Of a stretch of 64,000 bases of DNA, positions 1 through 10,187 are shown piece after piece. The first letter of the stretch is position 1; every line of letters starts with the position of its first letter. This stretch comes from Alphaproteobacteria bacterium. Its GTDB lineage: Bacteria > Pseudomonadota > Alphaproteobacteria > Rs-D84. Under the pieces are notes generated by a model. The model did no database searches and was not told the DNA's origin. It was given only the letters and a program-made list of their open reading frames with translations. Where the stretch lies: the NCBI GenBank assembly GCA_017503725.1, contig JAFVSL010000006.1:22593-86592 (forward strand). The letters run 5' to 3'. Both the position numbers and the translations under genes were made by a program.

Positions 1-1456
1 CGCCAATAATATAGTTTTCACGCCACCGCGTTGCACGAATAAATATTATCGACACCAGGCCCACTATCATCAACACCATAACCGTATTTGATATATGTGG
101 TACGGAAATTGTTGATAATGGTAAATCTGAAATCCAATTCGCGATACCCAACGTCCAATAATATATTTCGTGTGCTATATCTGTCGCCCATCCGGCGCCA
201 AATGCGCCAATCATAACCAATGGCATAATCGCAAATGAAAATATTGGCAATAGAATCAGGTTCCCAATCAATCCATAAATCGGCAACGCATAAAAATGTG
301 CGGCAACAAATGGCGCGGTAAATATCGTCGCAATAACAGATGTCATAATGGTTACATAAATTGCGCGCAATATTTTCTGGATGCGCCCACGCTTTACATA
401 TTGTGCGTCGCCCCAAAACCATACCAGTCCGAACACCGCCGCAAAAGATAACTGAAAACCCGGTTGCATAACATAGTGCGGGTTTATCAGAAATATCAAA
501 CAAAACGCCAGGCAAATATTACGCATCGATATTGCGCTGCGGCCACAAATAAATGCCGCAAACACCAGTGTCGTCATCAAGAATGCGCGAATTGTCGCAA
601 CATCCAGCCCCGATATAAACAAATACCCCAGCAGTCCCAACCACGCACACATAATCGCGGGTATTCGCGCCGGGATGCGACGTGTGATATACGGAATTGA
701 CCGGAATATTAAAAAGAATATTGCAAATATCCACCCACCAACCAATGTCATATGAAAACCACTGATTGACCATACGTGACCGATACCGGTGGCGGTCCAT
801 ATTTTATTGTCGTCTTTTGGAACCGAATTTTTATATCCCAATACCAAACTGTCGACCAAGAAAGAATCAGAACGCGTATGCAAATTATCACGAATGGAAT
901 TTATACTGAACCCACGTGCGGGTATTATCACATCATAATCTGAAATATATCCCGTCGCACCCAGGCCGTTAAAATACGCCCACCGTGCATAATCAAATGT
1001 TGCCGGCGCATATGCGGCCGCCGGCCGAAACAGTGTTGCGGTTGCGCTTATTTTATCACCAACATTTGGCGTGGGAATATTGTCGCCGATTGATACGCGA
1101 ATACGCATATTATCATCTGTATTTATATAAAGGCGTGATTTATCATTTGCAAAATCAATCTTGTAAACATTGCCCACGATATTCGTATCACGTACGGTGG
1201 ATTTTATTTGTGGTGTATCAATTGCGTGTGTATACGCACACGCATAGATAAATCCAAACATAAATATTGCGACCGCACGCAGAATAATCGGCACGCGTTT
1301 CCAAATCATAATTGCAAATAATGCGGCCGATAAAATTGTGGCGTATGGTACGTTGGGCTCGTACGGTAATGAAAAATACAGCGCCGCACCAAACGCCATT
1401 ATCGGTGCCACCCATAAAAACAAGTTTTGACGTTGAAAATCCAATACCTTTCCCAT
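1..1456 (-). CDS. comEC: ComEC/Rec2 family competence protein (runs off the left edge; missing from the ORF track)
   Basis: Manual minus-strand translation from ATG at 1456: MGKVLDFQRQNLFLWVAPIMAFGAALYF..., then ATGIGHVWSISGFHMTLV (ComEC H..SG.H motif), ATIRAFLM and PGFQLSFAAV; multiple TM segments. Confidence 0.88.
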   Translation of the reverse strand, partial: MGKVLDFQRQNLFLWVAPIMAFGAALYFSLPYEPNVPYATILSAALFAIMIWKRVPIILRAVAIFMFGFIYACAYTHAIDTPQIKSTVRDTNIVGNVYKIDFANDKSRLYINTDDNMRIRVSIGDNIPTPNVGDKISATATLFRPAAAYAPATFDYARWAYFNGLGATGYISDYDVIIPARGFSINSIRDNLHTRSDSFLVDSLVLGYKNSVPKDDNKIWTATGIGHVWSISGFHMTLVGGWIFAIFFLIFRSIPYITRRIPARIPAIMCAWLGLLGYLFISGLDVATIRAFLMTTLVFAAFICGRSAISMRNICLAFCLIFLINPHYVMQPGFQLSFAAVFGLVWFWGDAQYVKRGRIQKILRAIYVTIMTSVIATIFTAPFVAAHFYALPIYGLIGNLILLPIFSFAIMPLVMIGAFGAGWATDIAHEIYYWTLGIANWISDLPLSTISVPHISNTVMVLMIVGLVSIIFIRATRWRENYIIG

Positions 1457-1535
1457 AAGACTCAGTATAGGAATTTATTTAATTGCACCGCAACGGAAAA
1501 TTTCCTATGATAGAATTCCATAAGGGGGCATTCTT

Positions 1536-3110
1536 ATGGCAAAGTATATATTTATTACCGGTGGTGTTGTTTCAAGTTTAGGCAAGGGCGTCGCGGCGGC
1601 AAGTTGTGGCGCCCTTCTTCAATCGCGTGGGTACACGGTGCACGCGCGCAAATTTGATCCGTATTTAAACGTTGATCCGGGTACAATGTCACCGTTTCAG
1701 CACGGCGAAGTATACGTCACAAATGACGGATATGAAACGGATTTGGACCTGGGGTATTACGAAAGATTTCTGGGGGCAAAACTGACCCGCAATGATTCGG
1801 TATCTGGCGGTCGTATTTATTGGGATGTTCTAAGTGCGGAACGTCGCGGTGATTATCTGGGGGCGACGGTTCAAATGATTCCGCACGTCACGAACAAGAT
1901 AAAAGATTATATTTCCACCCCCGTTGATACGGATTTTGTTGTCTGTGAAATTGGTGGCACCGTTGGCGATATAGAGGGTCAAATTTTCCTGGAATCAATT
2001 CGACAATTCGCAAACCAGGTTGGTCGTCGCAATGTTATGTTTGTGCATTTAACGTTGGCACCATATCTTGAAAAGTCGGGCGAATTAAAAACCAAGCCGA
2101 CCCAGATGTCGGTGCGTCGCCTGCTTGAAAACGGGATTCAGGCGGATATGCTGATTGTGCGCACACCACGTATGCTAACCTCGGACGAGCGTGCCAAGAT
2201 TGGTATGTTCTGTAACCTGCCGGCGAAAAATGTAATTAGCGGTATCGATGTTGATAACATTTATAAAATCCCCCTTGCGTACGAGGGCCAACACGTCTTT
2301 GACATAATCGCGGATCACTTTGGTTTGCCCAATGCAATCGGCGATATGACACGATTTGAAAAGATTGAAAAGTATCTGGCCGCGGATATCCCAACGGTTA
2401 ACATTGGTATTGTTGGAAAATATTTTGATGTGCCCGATGCGTATAAGTCTTTGAACGAGGCTTTATTCCACGCCGGCATTCAAAATAATGTCCATGTAAA
2501 ACTTAAAAAGATAAACGCTGAAACATTTACCCCCGACGATTGTGCGGACGTTGATGGTATCTTGGTGCCGGGCGGTTTTGGTGTGCGTGGCGTTGCGGGC
2601 AAAATTGCGGCGGCGGGATATGCACGTGAAAACCGTGTGCCATATATGGGAATATGCCTGGGGATGCAGGTGGCGGTTATTGAATTTGCCCGCAATGTAT
2701 TGGGAATTGCGGATGCGGATTCAACCGAATTTAACAAAAGTGCAACACCAATTATAAACATAATGGCCGACCACGATGCGGCCGATATGGGGGGGACATT
2801 GCGCCTGGGGGCGTATCCGTGTGTGATTGCGCCGGATTCACGTGCGTATGAAATCTATGGCACTGAAAATATCAGCGAACGCCACCGTCACCGGTACGAG
2901 ATGGACGTCACCTGGCGCGAAAAGTTTGAGGCCGCCGGTATGAAAATATCAGGCCTTAGCCCCGATGGCAAATTACCCGAGATTGTTGAAATTCCATCGC
3001 ATCCGTTCTTTGTCGCGGGACAATTCCATCCGGAATTTCAATCCAGCCCCTATACCGGGCACCCAATGTTTAATGCATTTATTGCGGCGGCTGCAAAAAA
3101 TCATAAATAA
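1536..3110 (+). CDS. pyrG: CTP synthase
   Basis: GGVVSSLGKG, DPYLNVDPGTMSP, GICLGMQ, RHRHRYE, QFHPEF. Confidence 0.98.
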   Translation: MAKYIFITGGVVSSLGKGVAAASCGALLQSRGYTVHARKFDPYLNVDPGTMSPFQHGEVYVTNDGYETDLDLGYYERFLGAKLTRNDSVSGGRIYWDVLSAERRGDYLGATVQMIPHVTNKIKDYISTPVDTDFVVCEIGGTVGDIEGQIFLESIRQFANQVGRRNVMFVHLTLAPYLEKSGELKTKPTQMSVRRLLENGIQADMLIVRTPRMLTSDERAKIGMFCNLPAKNVISGIDVDNIYKIPLAYEGQHVFDIIADHFGLPNAIGDMTRFEKIEKYLAADIPTVNIGIVGKYFDVPDAYKSLNEALFHAGIQNNVHVKLKKINAETFTPDDCADVDGILVPGGFGVRGVAGKIAAAGYARENRVPYMGICLGMQVAVIEFARNVLGIADADSTEFNKSATPIINIMADHDAADMGGTLRLGAYPCVIAPDSRAYEIYGTENISERHRHRYEMDVTWREKFEAAGMKISGLSPDGKLPEIVEIPSHPFFVAGQFHPEFQSSPYTGHPMFNAFIAAAAKNHK

Positions 3111-3138
3111 AAAATCCCGGCGATTGCCGGGATTTTTT
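3109..3138. terminator. Bidirectional intrinsic terminator between pyrG and pyk
   Basis: AAAAAATCCCGGC-GATT-GCCGGGATTTTTT between convergent genes. Confidence 0.85.
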
Positions 3139-4507
3139 AATCCAGTGTTCGCAGGCTGATTTTATCTTCGTCCACGATAACCAGTTTGCCCATATTTATA
3201 TTGAATCGACGCGCGGCATTAAAAGCATCGCGCATACCAAATAACTGTTCATCGTAAATTGGGAATATGCCACGTGCCAAACATAACTGGTTCGCGGTGA
3301 CAGATTCGTTACATACCGCCACGATTGGAATATCTGGCTTGCGGCAAGATATCTGGATTGCGATATCGGTATCGCGTGCAAATACAACAATGGCGGACGC
3401 TTTGTTCAAATACGCCATTGATGCAACCGATCGCGACCAATCGTTTTCAGGTATATTTTCAACACGTGACCAATCAAACGGATTTGCAATCGCGTCCATA
3501 TCGGCGTGCGATAAAATCTTGTACATTGTTTCAATAACGTTTACCGGATTGATTCCTATTGTGGTTTCTTCGGACGTCATTGTTGAATCAGCGCGCAGAT
3601 ACGCAGTGTTTGCAACGTCTGTAATTTCGGCGCGTGTTGGAAACTCACTGGCCACCATAGAACCCAGCATTTGCGTTGCAACAATCACCGGTTTGTTCAT
3701 CTTGCGACATTCACGAATAATATGACGTGAAATTGCGGGCACGTCCTGGAATGGCACCTCTACCGCCAGGTCGCCACGCGCAATCATAATTCCATCAGCC
3801 GCGGCGGCAATATCGCAAATGCGTTCAACCGCGTTTGGACGTTCGATTTTTGCAATAATCTTTATCGGGTGTGCGGTGCGTTGGGTGATAAAGTCACGAA
3901 CCTCTGCCACATCTTCTGGGCGTTGCACAAAAGAAATTGCAACATAATCTGGTTCTTTTGTAATTGCGTATTCCAGGTCGGCACGATCTTTTGCCGTCAG
4001 AACCGATGTCGCAATTTCCGTATCTGGCAAATTAAACCCACGACGCGACCAAATTTTATCCCCACGCAGGACGGTTGTTTCAACCGCATCATCGGTAACC
4101 GCGTCCACGCGCATTTCAATTTTTCCGTCGTTTAATAATACGCGGTCCCCAACGTTCAGCGATTTCAAGACGTCGGCATCTGGTAATTGTACGCGTGTGT
4201 TGTCACCGGGGGTTGGGTCGTTATCAAATGTAAATTTCTGTCCGATTTTTAAATCGTACGGATTTTCGGTCGCAAAATTTCCAATACGATGTTTTGGCCC
4301 CTGCAGGTCAATCATCACCGCAACCGGTGTTTCCAGTTCTTCGGAAATGGAACGAATAAGGTCAATTTTCTGTCCCTGGACATCGCCGGTATCGTGACTA
4401 AAATTCAGGCGGCACACGTTCACACCGGATGAAATCATACGGGTCAAAGTCTGTCTGTCTTCACATTTTGGTCCAATGGATGCGGTGATTTTTGTATATT
4501 TATTCAT
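3137..4507 (-). CDS. pyk: Pyruvate kinase
   Basis: TKITASIGP, RLNFSH, DLQGPK, IIAKIE, IARGDLAVE, VATQML, PTRAEITDVAN. Confidence 0.96.
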   Translation of the reverse strand: MNKYTKITASIGPKCEDRQTLTRMISSGVNVCRLNFSHDTGDVQGQKIDLIRSISEELETPVAVMIDLQGPKHRIGNFATENPYDLKIGQKFTFDNDPTPGDNTRVQLPDADVLKSLNVGDRVLLNDGKIEMRVDAVTDDAVETTVLRGDKIWSRRGFNLPDTEIATSVLTAKDRADLEYAITKEPDYVAISFVQRPEDVAEVRDFITQRTAHPIKIIAKIERPNAVERICDIAAAADGIMIARGDLAVEVPFQDVPAISRHIIRECRKMNKPVIVATQMLGSMVASEFPTRAEITDVANTAYLRADSTMTSEETTIGINPVNVIETMYKILSHADMDAIANPFDWSRVENIPENDWSRSVASMAYLNKASAIVVFARDTDIAIQISCRKPDIPIVAVCNESVTANQLCLARGIFPIYDEQLFGMRDAFNAARRFNINMGKLVIVDEDKISLRTLD

Positions 4508-4587
4508 AATTTTCCCTTCCTGTTTTTCTTGATTTTTTCGATTTATGGTATATCATAAAGTCATCAAATAAACAAGGGGAAAACAGA

Positions 4588-4836
4588 ATGAAACAAGCAA
4601 ATCACGGTGCAATCGATAACCAGCAACTGGTCAGCATTATCGAAAGAATTGAAAAATTAAACGAAGATACGGCCGCAATCGCCGCCGATATCAAAGAAAT
4701 TTATAGCGAGGCTAAATCCGCCGGCTATGACCCCAAATATATTCGCCAGATGATACGCCTGCGCAAGATGGACCCAGACGAAATCGACGAGGCAGACGAA
4801 TTAACACAAATGTATCGCAACGCATTGGGTCTGTAA
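4588..4836 (+). CDS. DUF2312/GapR-like nucleoid-associated protein
   Basis: QLVSIIERIEKL..DIKEIYSEAKSAGYDPKYIRQMIRLRK..YRNALGL pattern of UPF0335/GapR. Confidence 0.9.
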   Translation: MKQANHGAIDNQQLVSIIERIEKLNEDTAAIAADIKEIYSEAKSAGYDPKYIRQMIRLRKMDPDEIDEADELTQMYRNALGL

Positions 4837-5150
4837 TGAAAGCGTTCACAAAAACAACCGAAGATTTTAACTGCGCCCATTGTGGCGCAGTTGTTCGTGG
4901 CAATGGCTATACAAACCATTGTCCAAATTGCCTGTGGTCGCGGCACGTTGATGACAATCCGGGTGACCGTGCGGCAACGTGCGGTGGAATGATGCGTCCG
5001 ATTTCGGCCGCGCCCGACGGCGCGCGTTTTATCATCACGCACAAATGTGAAATATGTGGCAAAATCAAACGCCAACGCACATCAGATAATGATAACATAG
5101 ACGCAATTATTGAAATCAGTCGTGATAATTCGTTTATATTTGGAAAATAG
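4836..5150 (+). CDS. RNHCP-domain zinc-binding protein
   Basis: FNCAHCG...YTNHCPNCLWSRHVD..PGDRAATCGG.M.P..HKCEICG; TAATG overlap with the upstream gene. Confidence 0.85.
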   Translation: MKAFTKTTEDFNCAHCGAVVRGNGYTNHCPNCLWSRHVDDNPGDRAATCGGMMRPISAAPDGARFIITHKCEICGKIKRQRTSDNDNIDAIIEISRDNSFIFGK

Positions 5151-5204
5151 TGTTGGGATTTTAATTATTGACCGGGTACGCAAAAATTTACTAAACTGCG
5201 TTTG

Positions 5205-6383
5205 ATGAGAATGCGGTTTATTTTTTTACCAATTTTATTACTGTGCGCGCCAACCTATGCGGCCCAGTATCGTGCGGCATTGGTTGCCGATATGGATACC
5301 GGCCGTGTGTTATACCAGGAAAACGCCAACGAATTAAATTATCCCGCGTCGTTAACGAAAATTATGACATTGTATCTGACGTTTGATGCGCTGGAACACG
5401 GTCGGTTAAATTTGGATGATTATTTAATTGTGTCCCAAGCGGCTGCAAATGCGGAACCGGTGAAATTGGGATTGCCGGCGGGGTCTAAAATCCGGGTCGA
5501 AGATGCGATAAAGGCGGTCGCCGTACACAGTGCAAATGACGTCGCGCGTGTGTTGGCTGAAAATCTTAAAGGCGGGCAAGAGGAGACATTTGCCGACCTA
5601 ATGACACGCGTTGCGCGTGAAATTGGATTGACGCGAACAAATTTTGAAAATTCATCGGGTCTGCCCAACGATGATCATATGTCAACGGCGCGTGATATTG
5701 CGTTGTTGTCTATGGCGGTGTACAAGCATTTTCCCCAGTATTGGAAATACTTTGGGATAAAATCGTGGACCTATAACGGCAAGACTTATACAAATGGTAA
5801 TCGCCTGCTGGGGTCGTTTAATGGGTGTGATGGGATGAAGACGGGGTATACTAAAAAGTCCAAGTATTCATTGGTTGCGACCGCCCATCGTGGCAATGCA
5901 CATTTAATGTCTGTGGTATTGGGGGCGGAAAATAAAGACGTTCGTGCAAATGTTGCGGCGCAAATGCTGAACAAGGGGTTTGGAATGCTGGGGGTGTCAC
6001 CGGAAACAATTGCGGCGACGGCTCCGGTTCGTACGTATTCTGCGCCAAATGATACCAGTGCATCTGCGGCGACATTTAACGCGGCTTATACTGCGGCGAC
6101 CGCCGCCGCGGTGCCGGAATATCGTGCGGCAAAACAGGTTGCGCCGGTAAAATCGGCGGTGACGACGGGTAATGCGGGCGTTCAATTTGGTGCCTTTTCA
6201 TCGCGTGCGGCGGCCGAAACCCAGGTTGCAAATGTAAAATCACGTCTGCAGGCAAATGCGGTTATTGAAACGGCGCCCAATGGTATGTATCGTGTGCGTG
6301 TAAATGGCCTGACGGATGGGGCAGCACAAAAATTAAAATCAACCGCCACCACCAATGGTATTGACAGTTATGTTTTTCACTAG
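5205..6383 (+). CDS. D-alanyl-D-alanine carboxypeptidase (S11) with C-terminal SPOR domain
   Basis: Signal peptide; PASLTK (SxxK), SAN, KTG; C-terminal VQFGAFSSRAAA..YRVRV. Confidence 0.92.
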   Translation: MRMRFIFLPILLLCAPTYAAQYRAALVADMDTGRVLYQENANELNYPASLTKIMTLYLTFDALEHGRLNLDDYLIVSQAAANAEPVKLGLPAGSKIRVEDAIKAVAVHSANDVARVLAENLKGGQEETFADLMTRVAREIGLTRTNFENSSGLPNDDHMSTARDIALLSMAVYKHFPQYWKYFGIKSWTYNGKTYTNGNRLLGSFNGCDGMKTGYTKKSKYSLVATAHRGNAHLMSVVLGAENKDVRANVAAQMLNKGFGMLGVSPETIAATAPVRTYSAPNDTSASAATFNAAYTAATAAAVPEYRAAKQVAPVKSAVTTGNAGVQFGAFSSRAAAETQVANVKSRLQANAVIETAPNGMYRVRVNGLTDGAAQKLKSTATTNGIDSYVFH

Positions 6384-6398
6384 TATCGTGTGCATACA

Positions 6399-6995
6399 AT
6401 GAATCCAAAAATAGAAAAGTTAATAAAATTATTTGCAAAATTACCGCGTGTTGGCTCGCGCGGGGGGCAACGTATTGTACTGTCGTTATTACAGGATAAA
6501 ACCGGCCGTGCCGAGGCATTGGCCACGTCCCTGATTGATGCGGCGCAAAATATTGCACCGTGTGCGTGCTGTGGGGTGCTGACGGGGCGGGGCGATTTAT
6601 GCGAATTTTGTCGTGATGAAAATCGTGCAAATGGTCAGTTATGTATTGTCCGTGACCTGTCGGATGTGTGGACACTTGAAAAATCATCGGTATTCCACGG
6701 CCGTTATCATATTATTGGCGGATTGCTGTCGGGGGCGGGCGGTGTATTGCCAGATGATTTAAATATTAAAAATTTACCCGCGCGTATCGAAAATGAAAAA
6801 ATAAGCGAAATTATTTTCGCGCTTCCCAATACGGTAGAGGGGAAAACCACCCAACATTACATTATGTCTGCTATTGGTAATGTAAATACGGTTGCGTTTT
6901 CCGAATTGGCATCTGGGGTGCCATTGGGTGGCGATTTGGATTACATAGACGATGGCACATTAACACTGGCGTTTGGGGGACGTAAATCATTATGA
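6399..6995 (+). CDS. recR: Recombination mediator RecR
   Basis: LPRVGSR HhH, C4 zinc finger, YHIIGGLLS, GVPLGGDLDYIDDGTL. Confidence 0.95.
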   Translation: MNPKIEKLIKLFAKLPRVGSRGGQRIVLSLLQDKTGRAEALATSLIDAAQNIAPCACCGVLTGRGDLCEFCRDENRANGQLCIVRDLSDVWTLEKSSVFHGRYHIIGGLLSGAGGVLPDDLNIKNLPARIENEKISEIIFALPNTVEGKTTQHYIMSAIGNVNTVAFSELASGVPLGGDLDYIDDGTLTLAFGGRKSL

Positions 6996-7816
6996 CGGAC
7001 AATGTTGCAAATTTACCCCCGGTATCTGAAATGATGCGTGCGTCGGGGTTAGAGCCGAAAAAGCAATTCGGACAAAATTTCTTGTTTGATTTAAACCTGA
7101 CGGGGCGCATTGCGCGCAGTGTACCCAACATTACAGAAATCCCCGTGATAGAGGTTGGGCCCGGTCCCGCCGGTTTGACGCGCGCACTGTTATTGGCGGG
7201 GGCAAAACGTGTCATCGCGATTGAAAAAGATAAAACCACCGAACCAATTTTATCCAGGGTTATTGATGCATCTGCGGGACGCCTTAGTGTTATCTTTGAT
7301 GATGCTTTGCGTGTGAATTTTGCAGACCTGGGGGTTGGGGCGTATGCAATATGTTCCAATTTGCCATATAATGTTGGCACGGAATTATTGATTGGCTGGC
7401 TGCATAAAATGGCGACGGGGGAACAAATAAAATCCCTAACGTTAATGTTCCAGCGCGAGGTTGCACAACGCATAACCGCACGCCCTGGCGATGAGCACTA
7501 TGGTCGTCTGGCGGTGTTAACGTCATTGATTGCGGATGCCAAGATTTTATTTGATGTTCCAAATACGGCGTTTGTTCCACGCCCCCGGGTGCAAAGTGCG
7601 GTTGTGCAAATAATACCGAACGCTGAAAAAATCGCACGCTTGCGGGATTTGCAAAAAATTGAACAATTAACGGCAAAATTATTTGGCCAGCGCCGCAAAA
7701 TGATACGTGCAATAATGCCGAATGTTAATTGGGAAAAATATGGACTGACCGGGACCGAGCGCGCCGAAAAAATAAGTCCAGAAACATTTGCATTTATGGC
7801 GTCCGATTTGTTATAG
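6992..7816 (+). CDS. rsmA: 16S rRNA dimethyltransferase RsmA/KsgA
   Basis: KKQFGQNFL, EVGPGPAGLT, SNLPYNV, MFQREVA, FVPRPRVQSAVV. Confidence 0.96.
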   Translation: MTDNVANLPPVSEMMRASGLEPKKQFGQNFLFDLNLTGRIARSVPNITEIPVIEVGPGPAGLTRALLLAGAKRVIAIEKDKTTEPILSRVIDASAGRLSVIFDDALRVNFADLGVGAYAICSNLPYNVGTELLIGWLHKMATGEQIKSLTLMFQREVAQRITARPGDEHYGRLAVLTSLIADAKILFDVPNTAFVPRPRVQSAVVQIIPNAEKIARLRDLQKIEQLTAKLFGQRRKMIRAIMPNVNWEKYGLTGTERAEKISPETFAFMASDLL

Positions 7817-7847
7817 TATTTTTGTAGTGGGAGGGGAACAAATAGCA

Positions 7848-9554
7848 ATGCCAATTTCTGTTTTAATATTTTTGGGTATTTTATTTGTATTGGTCTATGC
7901 GTTAAGAATGGCCAAGATTGGCGCGTTGGTTGCGTTCCTGTTTGCGGGCATATTGTCCGGTCCATATGTTTTTAATTTATTCGAGATAAATGAAACGTGG
8001 CAATTCCTGGGTGATATTGGAATTATGTTTTTATGGTTTACAATCGGCCTGGAAATAAACATTCGTCGTTTGTGGAATTTGCGTCATACCATCTTTGGTT
8101 TTGGCGCGGCCCAGGTTATGATGGTTGTTGTAATGCTGTTCCCATTACTGTTTGGCGTGACGGTATGGTCCATTATGGGATGTGTGATGGTGTCGTTAAT
8201 GCTTGCAATGTCCAGTACGTCATCCGCAATGGATTTATTAACATCCCGGAACCAGTTAAATACAAATATGGGACGCCAAACATTTTCAATTTTGTTGTTC
8301 CAAGATTTATTATCTATTCCCCTGCTTGCAATGTTGCCGGTTTTTGCGGGCAAAAGTTTTGACCTGGGGGCCAGTGCGATTGACGTTATTGTTATCTCGG
8401 TGGCCCTTGTGCTAAGTGTGGTTGTGATTGGGCGCTTTATCTTAAATCCGCTATTAAAATTGGTTTCGAAATTAAAATCGAACGAAGCCTTTCTTCTTGC
8501 GGTAATGTTAAATATTGTAATCTGGGCGGTGCTGTTGGATTTAATGGGGCTGCCGGCGGGGTTGGGGGCGTTCTTGGCGGGTATGCTGATGTCTGAAACC
8601 GTATACCGTCACCAGATAGATGCCCAGATTGGACCATACGCTACATTATTCTTGGCACTGTTCTTTATTGTTCTGGGGATGGGATTTAATTTACCGATGT
8701 TGGGAGAAAATTGGTATATCGTCCTGGGCGGTTTGGTTGGATTGATGGTGGTAAAGTTTGTTGCAATCTTTATGGTTGCACGTGTTCGCAATGTTGATAT
8801 CCCAGATGCGACAATGATTGCACTGTTGCTGGCCAATGGTGGCGAATTTGGTCTGCTTATGTTACAGACGTTAAAGACATCTGGGATTCAGGCAATTCCC
8901 GCCGCGCACCAAGAAATTTTATCTGCGATAATTGTTTTGTCTATTATGATGACGCCGGTACTGTTGGCGATATATGATTATCTACGCCGAACGGGCAGGT
9001 TGATGATTGCGCGTACATCACGTACACTAGGTGACGCCGACGATTCAATTAAACCAGACGTTATAATTTGTGGTTTTGGTCGTGTGGGACAGATTGTTGC
9101 GAAAATGTTGGATGCGCAAAATATAACATATCTGGCGATTGATATGGATGTAAGCACGATTATGATTGCGCGTGCGCGTGGGCAAAATGTTGTCTATGGC
9201 GACACAACGAATGAACGTGTGTTGCGGGAATTTGGATTACATCCGCGTAAAATTCGTGCGGTTGTTGTTGCGCTGGATAATGCGGGAACGGCGCGTTCCG
9301 CTGTGCGTGCCATACGGGCGATTGCACCACGTATGAAAATATTTGCACGTGCGCGCAATCTGGCCGATTCCAGGGTACTGCTAAAAGATGGAGTATTTTC
9401 TGCAACACCCGAAACGATTGAATCATCATTCTTTCTGGGGCATCGGGTTTTAAATCACCTTGGGGCATCTGATACAGAAATCAAGAAAATGCTGTCTGAA
9501 ATGCGTGCGGATAATTATACGGAATTATCATCGCAAATATCTGATAAACAGTGA
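7848..9554 (+). CDS. CPA2 monovalent cation:proton antiporter (KefB/KefC-like) with TrkA-N domain
   Basis: Polytopic TM domain, FTIGLE, ILLFQDL, LGAFLAG, GGEFG; C-terminal CGFGRVGQ. Confidence 0.92.
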   Translation: MPISVLIFLGILFVLVYALRMAKIGALVAFLFAGILSGPYVFNLFEINETWQFLGDIGIMFLWFTIGLEINIRRLWNLRHTIFGFGAAQVMMVVVMLFPLLFGVTVWSIMGCVMVSLMLAMSSTSSAMDLLTSRNQLNTNMGRQTFSILLFQDLLSIPLLAMLPVFAGKSFDLGASAIDVIVISVALVLSVVVIGRFILNPLLKLVSKLKSNEAFLLAVMLNIVIWAVLLDLMGLPAGLGAFLAGMLMSETVYRHQIDAQIGPYATLFLALFFIVLGMGFNLPMLGENWYIVLGGLVGLMVVKFVAIFMVARVRNVDIPDATMIALLLANGGEFGLLMLQTLKTSGIQAIPAAHQEILSAIIVLSIMMTPVLLAIYDYLRRTGRLMIARTSRTLGDADDSIKPDVIICGFGRVGQIVAKMLDAQNITYLAIDMDVSTIMIARARGQNVVYGDTTNERVLREFGLHPRKIRAVVVALDNAGTARSAVRAIRAIAPRMKIFARARNLADSRVLLKDGVFSATPETIESSFFLGHRVLNHLGASDTEIKKMLSEMRADNYTELSSQISDKQ

Positions 9555-9645
9555 TAATAATCTTACTAAAAAGTCCCCATTTGGGGACATTTTATTTGCA
9601 TTTGTATGGTGTGATTGCTATATTCTATGAAAACGGGAAAGTTAC

Positions 9646-10185
9646 ATGAAAAAGATTTTATCAATTATATCAATAATACTGGTTGTGTTGATCCTGGATA
9701 TATTGTCCAAGGGGGTGTTGCTGTACCTTATTACGGGCGGGGTGCCATTGATGGGGGCGGCGTGGGATTTGGTGCCACATCCATATTTGATGACGCCGGT
9801 TACCGGATTTTTTAACATAGTATTTACATGGAATTTTGGTACCGCGTTTTCATTGTTTAATGGTCTGGGTGAATATGCGCCAATTGCGTTAATAATAATG
9901 ACCGGTTTTATTATCGGTGTGATTTTGTATTATTTATTTGCCCGCGCAAAAAGGTATGAAATTGTACCATTGGCATTGATTGCGGGTGGTGCGATTGGTA
10001 ATTTGCTTGATCGGGTTCGCTTTGGTGCGGTGGTTGATTTCTTGGACTTTCATCTTGGCGGATATCATTGGCCGGCATTTAATGTTGCGGATGTTTGTAT
10101 TGTGGTTGGTGTTGGGTTGTATATTTTAAATTGGTATATTGCACGTCGCAAATGTTTGGAAAATTGTAACAAAGGATGTAAATAA
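9646..10185 (+). CDS. lspA: Lipoprotein signal peptidase II
   Basis: WNFGTAFS, GGAIGNLLDR, VVDF, WPAFNVAD. Confidence 0.95.
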   Translation: MKKILSIISIILVVLILDILSKGVLLYLITGGVPLMGAAWDLVPHPYLMTPVTGFFNIVFTWNFGTAFSLFNGLGEYAPIALIIMTGFIIGVILYYLFARAKRYEIVPLALIAGGAIGNLLDRVRFGAVVDFLDFHLGGYHWPAFNVADVCIVVGVGLYILNWYIARRKCLENCNKGCK

Positions 10186-10187
10186 TT

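Noticed and set aside
18-1415. Short ORFs 18-515, 519-800, 985-1251 and 1218-1415 as separate genes or pseudogene fragments
   Set aside because: They are off-frame or antisense shadows of the comEC frame starting at 1456, which the track missed because it has no stop inside the window
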